From Amphiscolops sp. MND2022 (taxonomy: Eukaryota), in contig OZ076412.1 in NCBI GenBank assembly GCA_964187785.1, positions 59,830,001-59,894,000 of the forward strand: a stretch of 64,000 nt of DNA, written 5' to 3'. Under the pieces are notes generated by a model. It worked only from the letters and a program-made list of their open reading frames with translations. It searched no databases and was not told where the DNA came from. Shown piece after piece: positions 63,874 through 64,000 of this stretch; position 1 is the stretch's first letter; every line of letters starts with the position of its first letter. The position numbers and the translations under genes were made by a program.

Positions 63874-64000
63874 TCCTCTCCGGGCCGTAGTTTGTCGTCC
63901 TCGGCAAACGAAAGGGTGTTCATACCCAGAGGGTAATTGCGATAATGGGAATCGGCTGAATAGCCAGACAAAATTAATTCTATCGTTTTTGTTTCATTTT

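Overview
AT-rich, repeat-dense eukaryotic (animal-like) genomic DNA. I saw no operons, rRNA or CRISPR arrays. The main feature is a decayed ~19.6 kb Ty3/Gypsy LTR retrotransposon on the minus strand (29651-49291), ordered gag-PR-RT-RNaseH-IN. After the integrase, in the env position, it carries ~6.5 kb of extra coding sequence. By manual motif comparison, this region holds TARG1/OARD1-like macrodomain(s) and, behind an internal splice acceptor, an SGNH-hydrolase-like domain. The element's 5' end is a mosaic of two LTR types, with a duplicated PBS/leader and a 198-bp tandem repeat. Other mobile DNA: a decayed BEL/Pao element (~55850-61500, +), two CR1/Jockey-group LINE relics, weak Tc1-like and piggyBac-like relics, tRNA-derived SINEs, several CCC...GGG MITEs with 2-bp TSDs, and the LTR of a sister Gypsy family at the right edge. 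Host content I can support is the first coding exon of a Ras-family (RASD/DIRAS-like) GTPase (24752-24932, -) and a few low-confidence micro-exons. One of these lies inside a perfect 251-bp palindrome (3202-3452). All domain calls are by eye; no database search was run.
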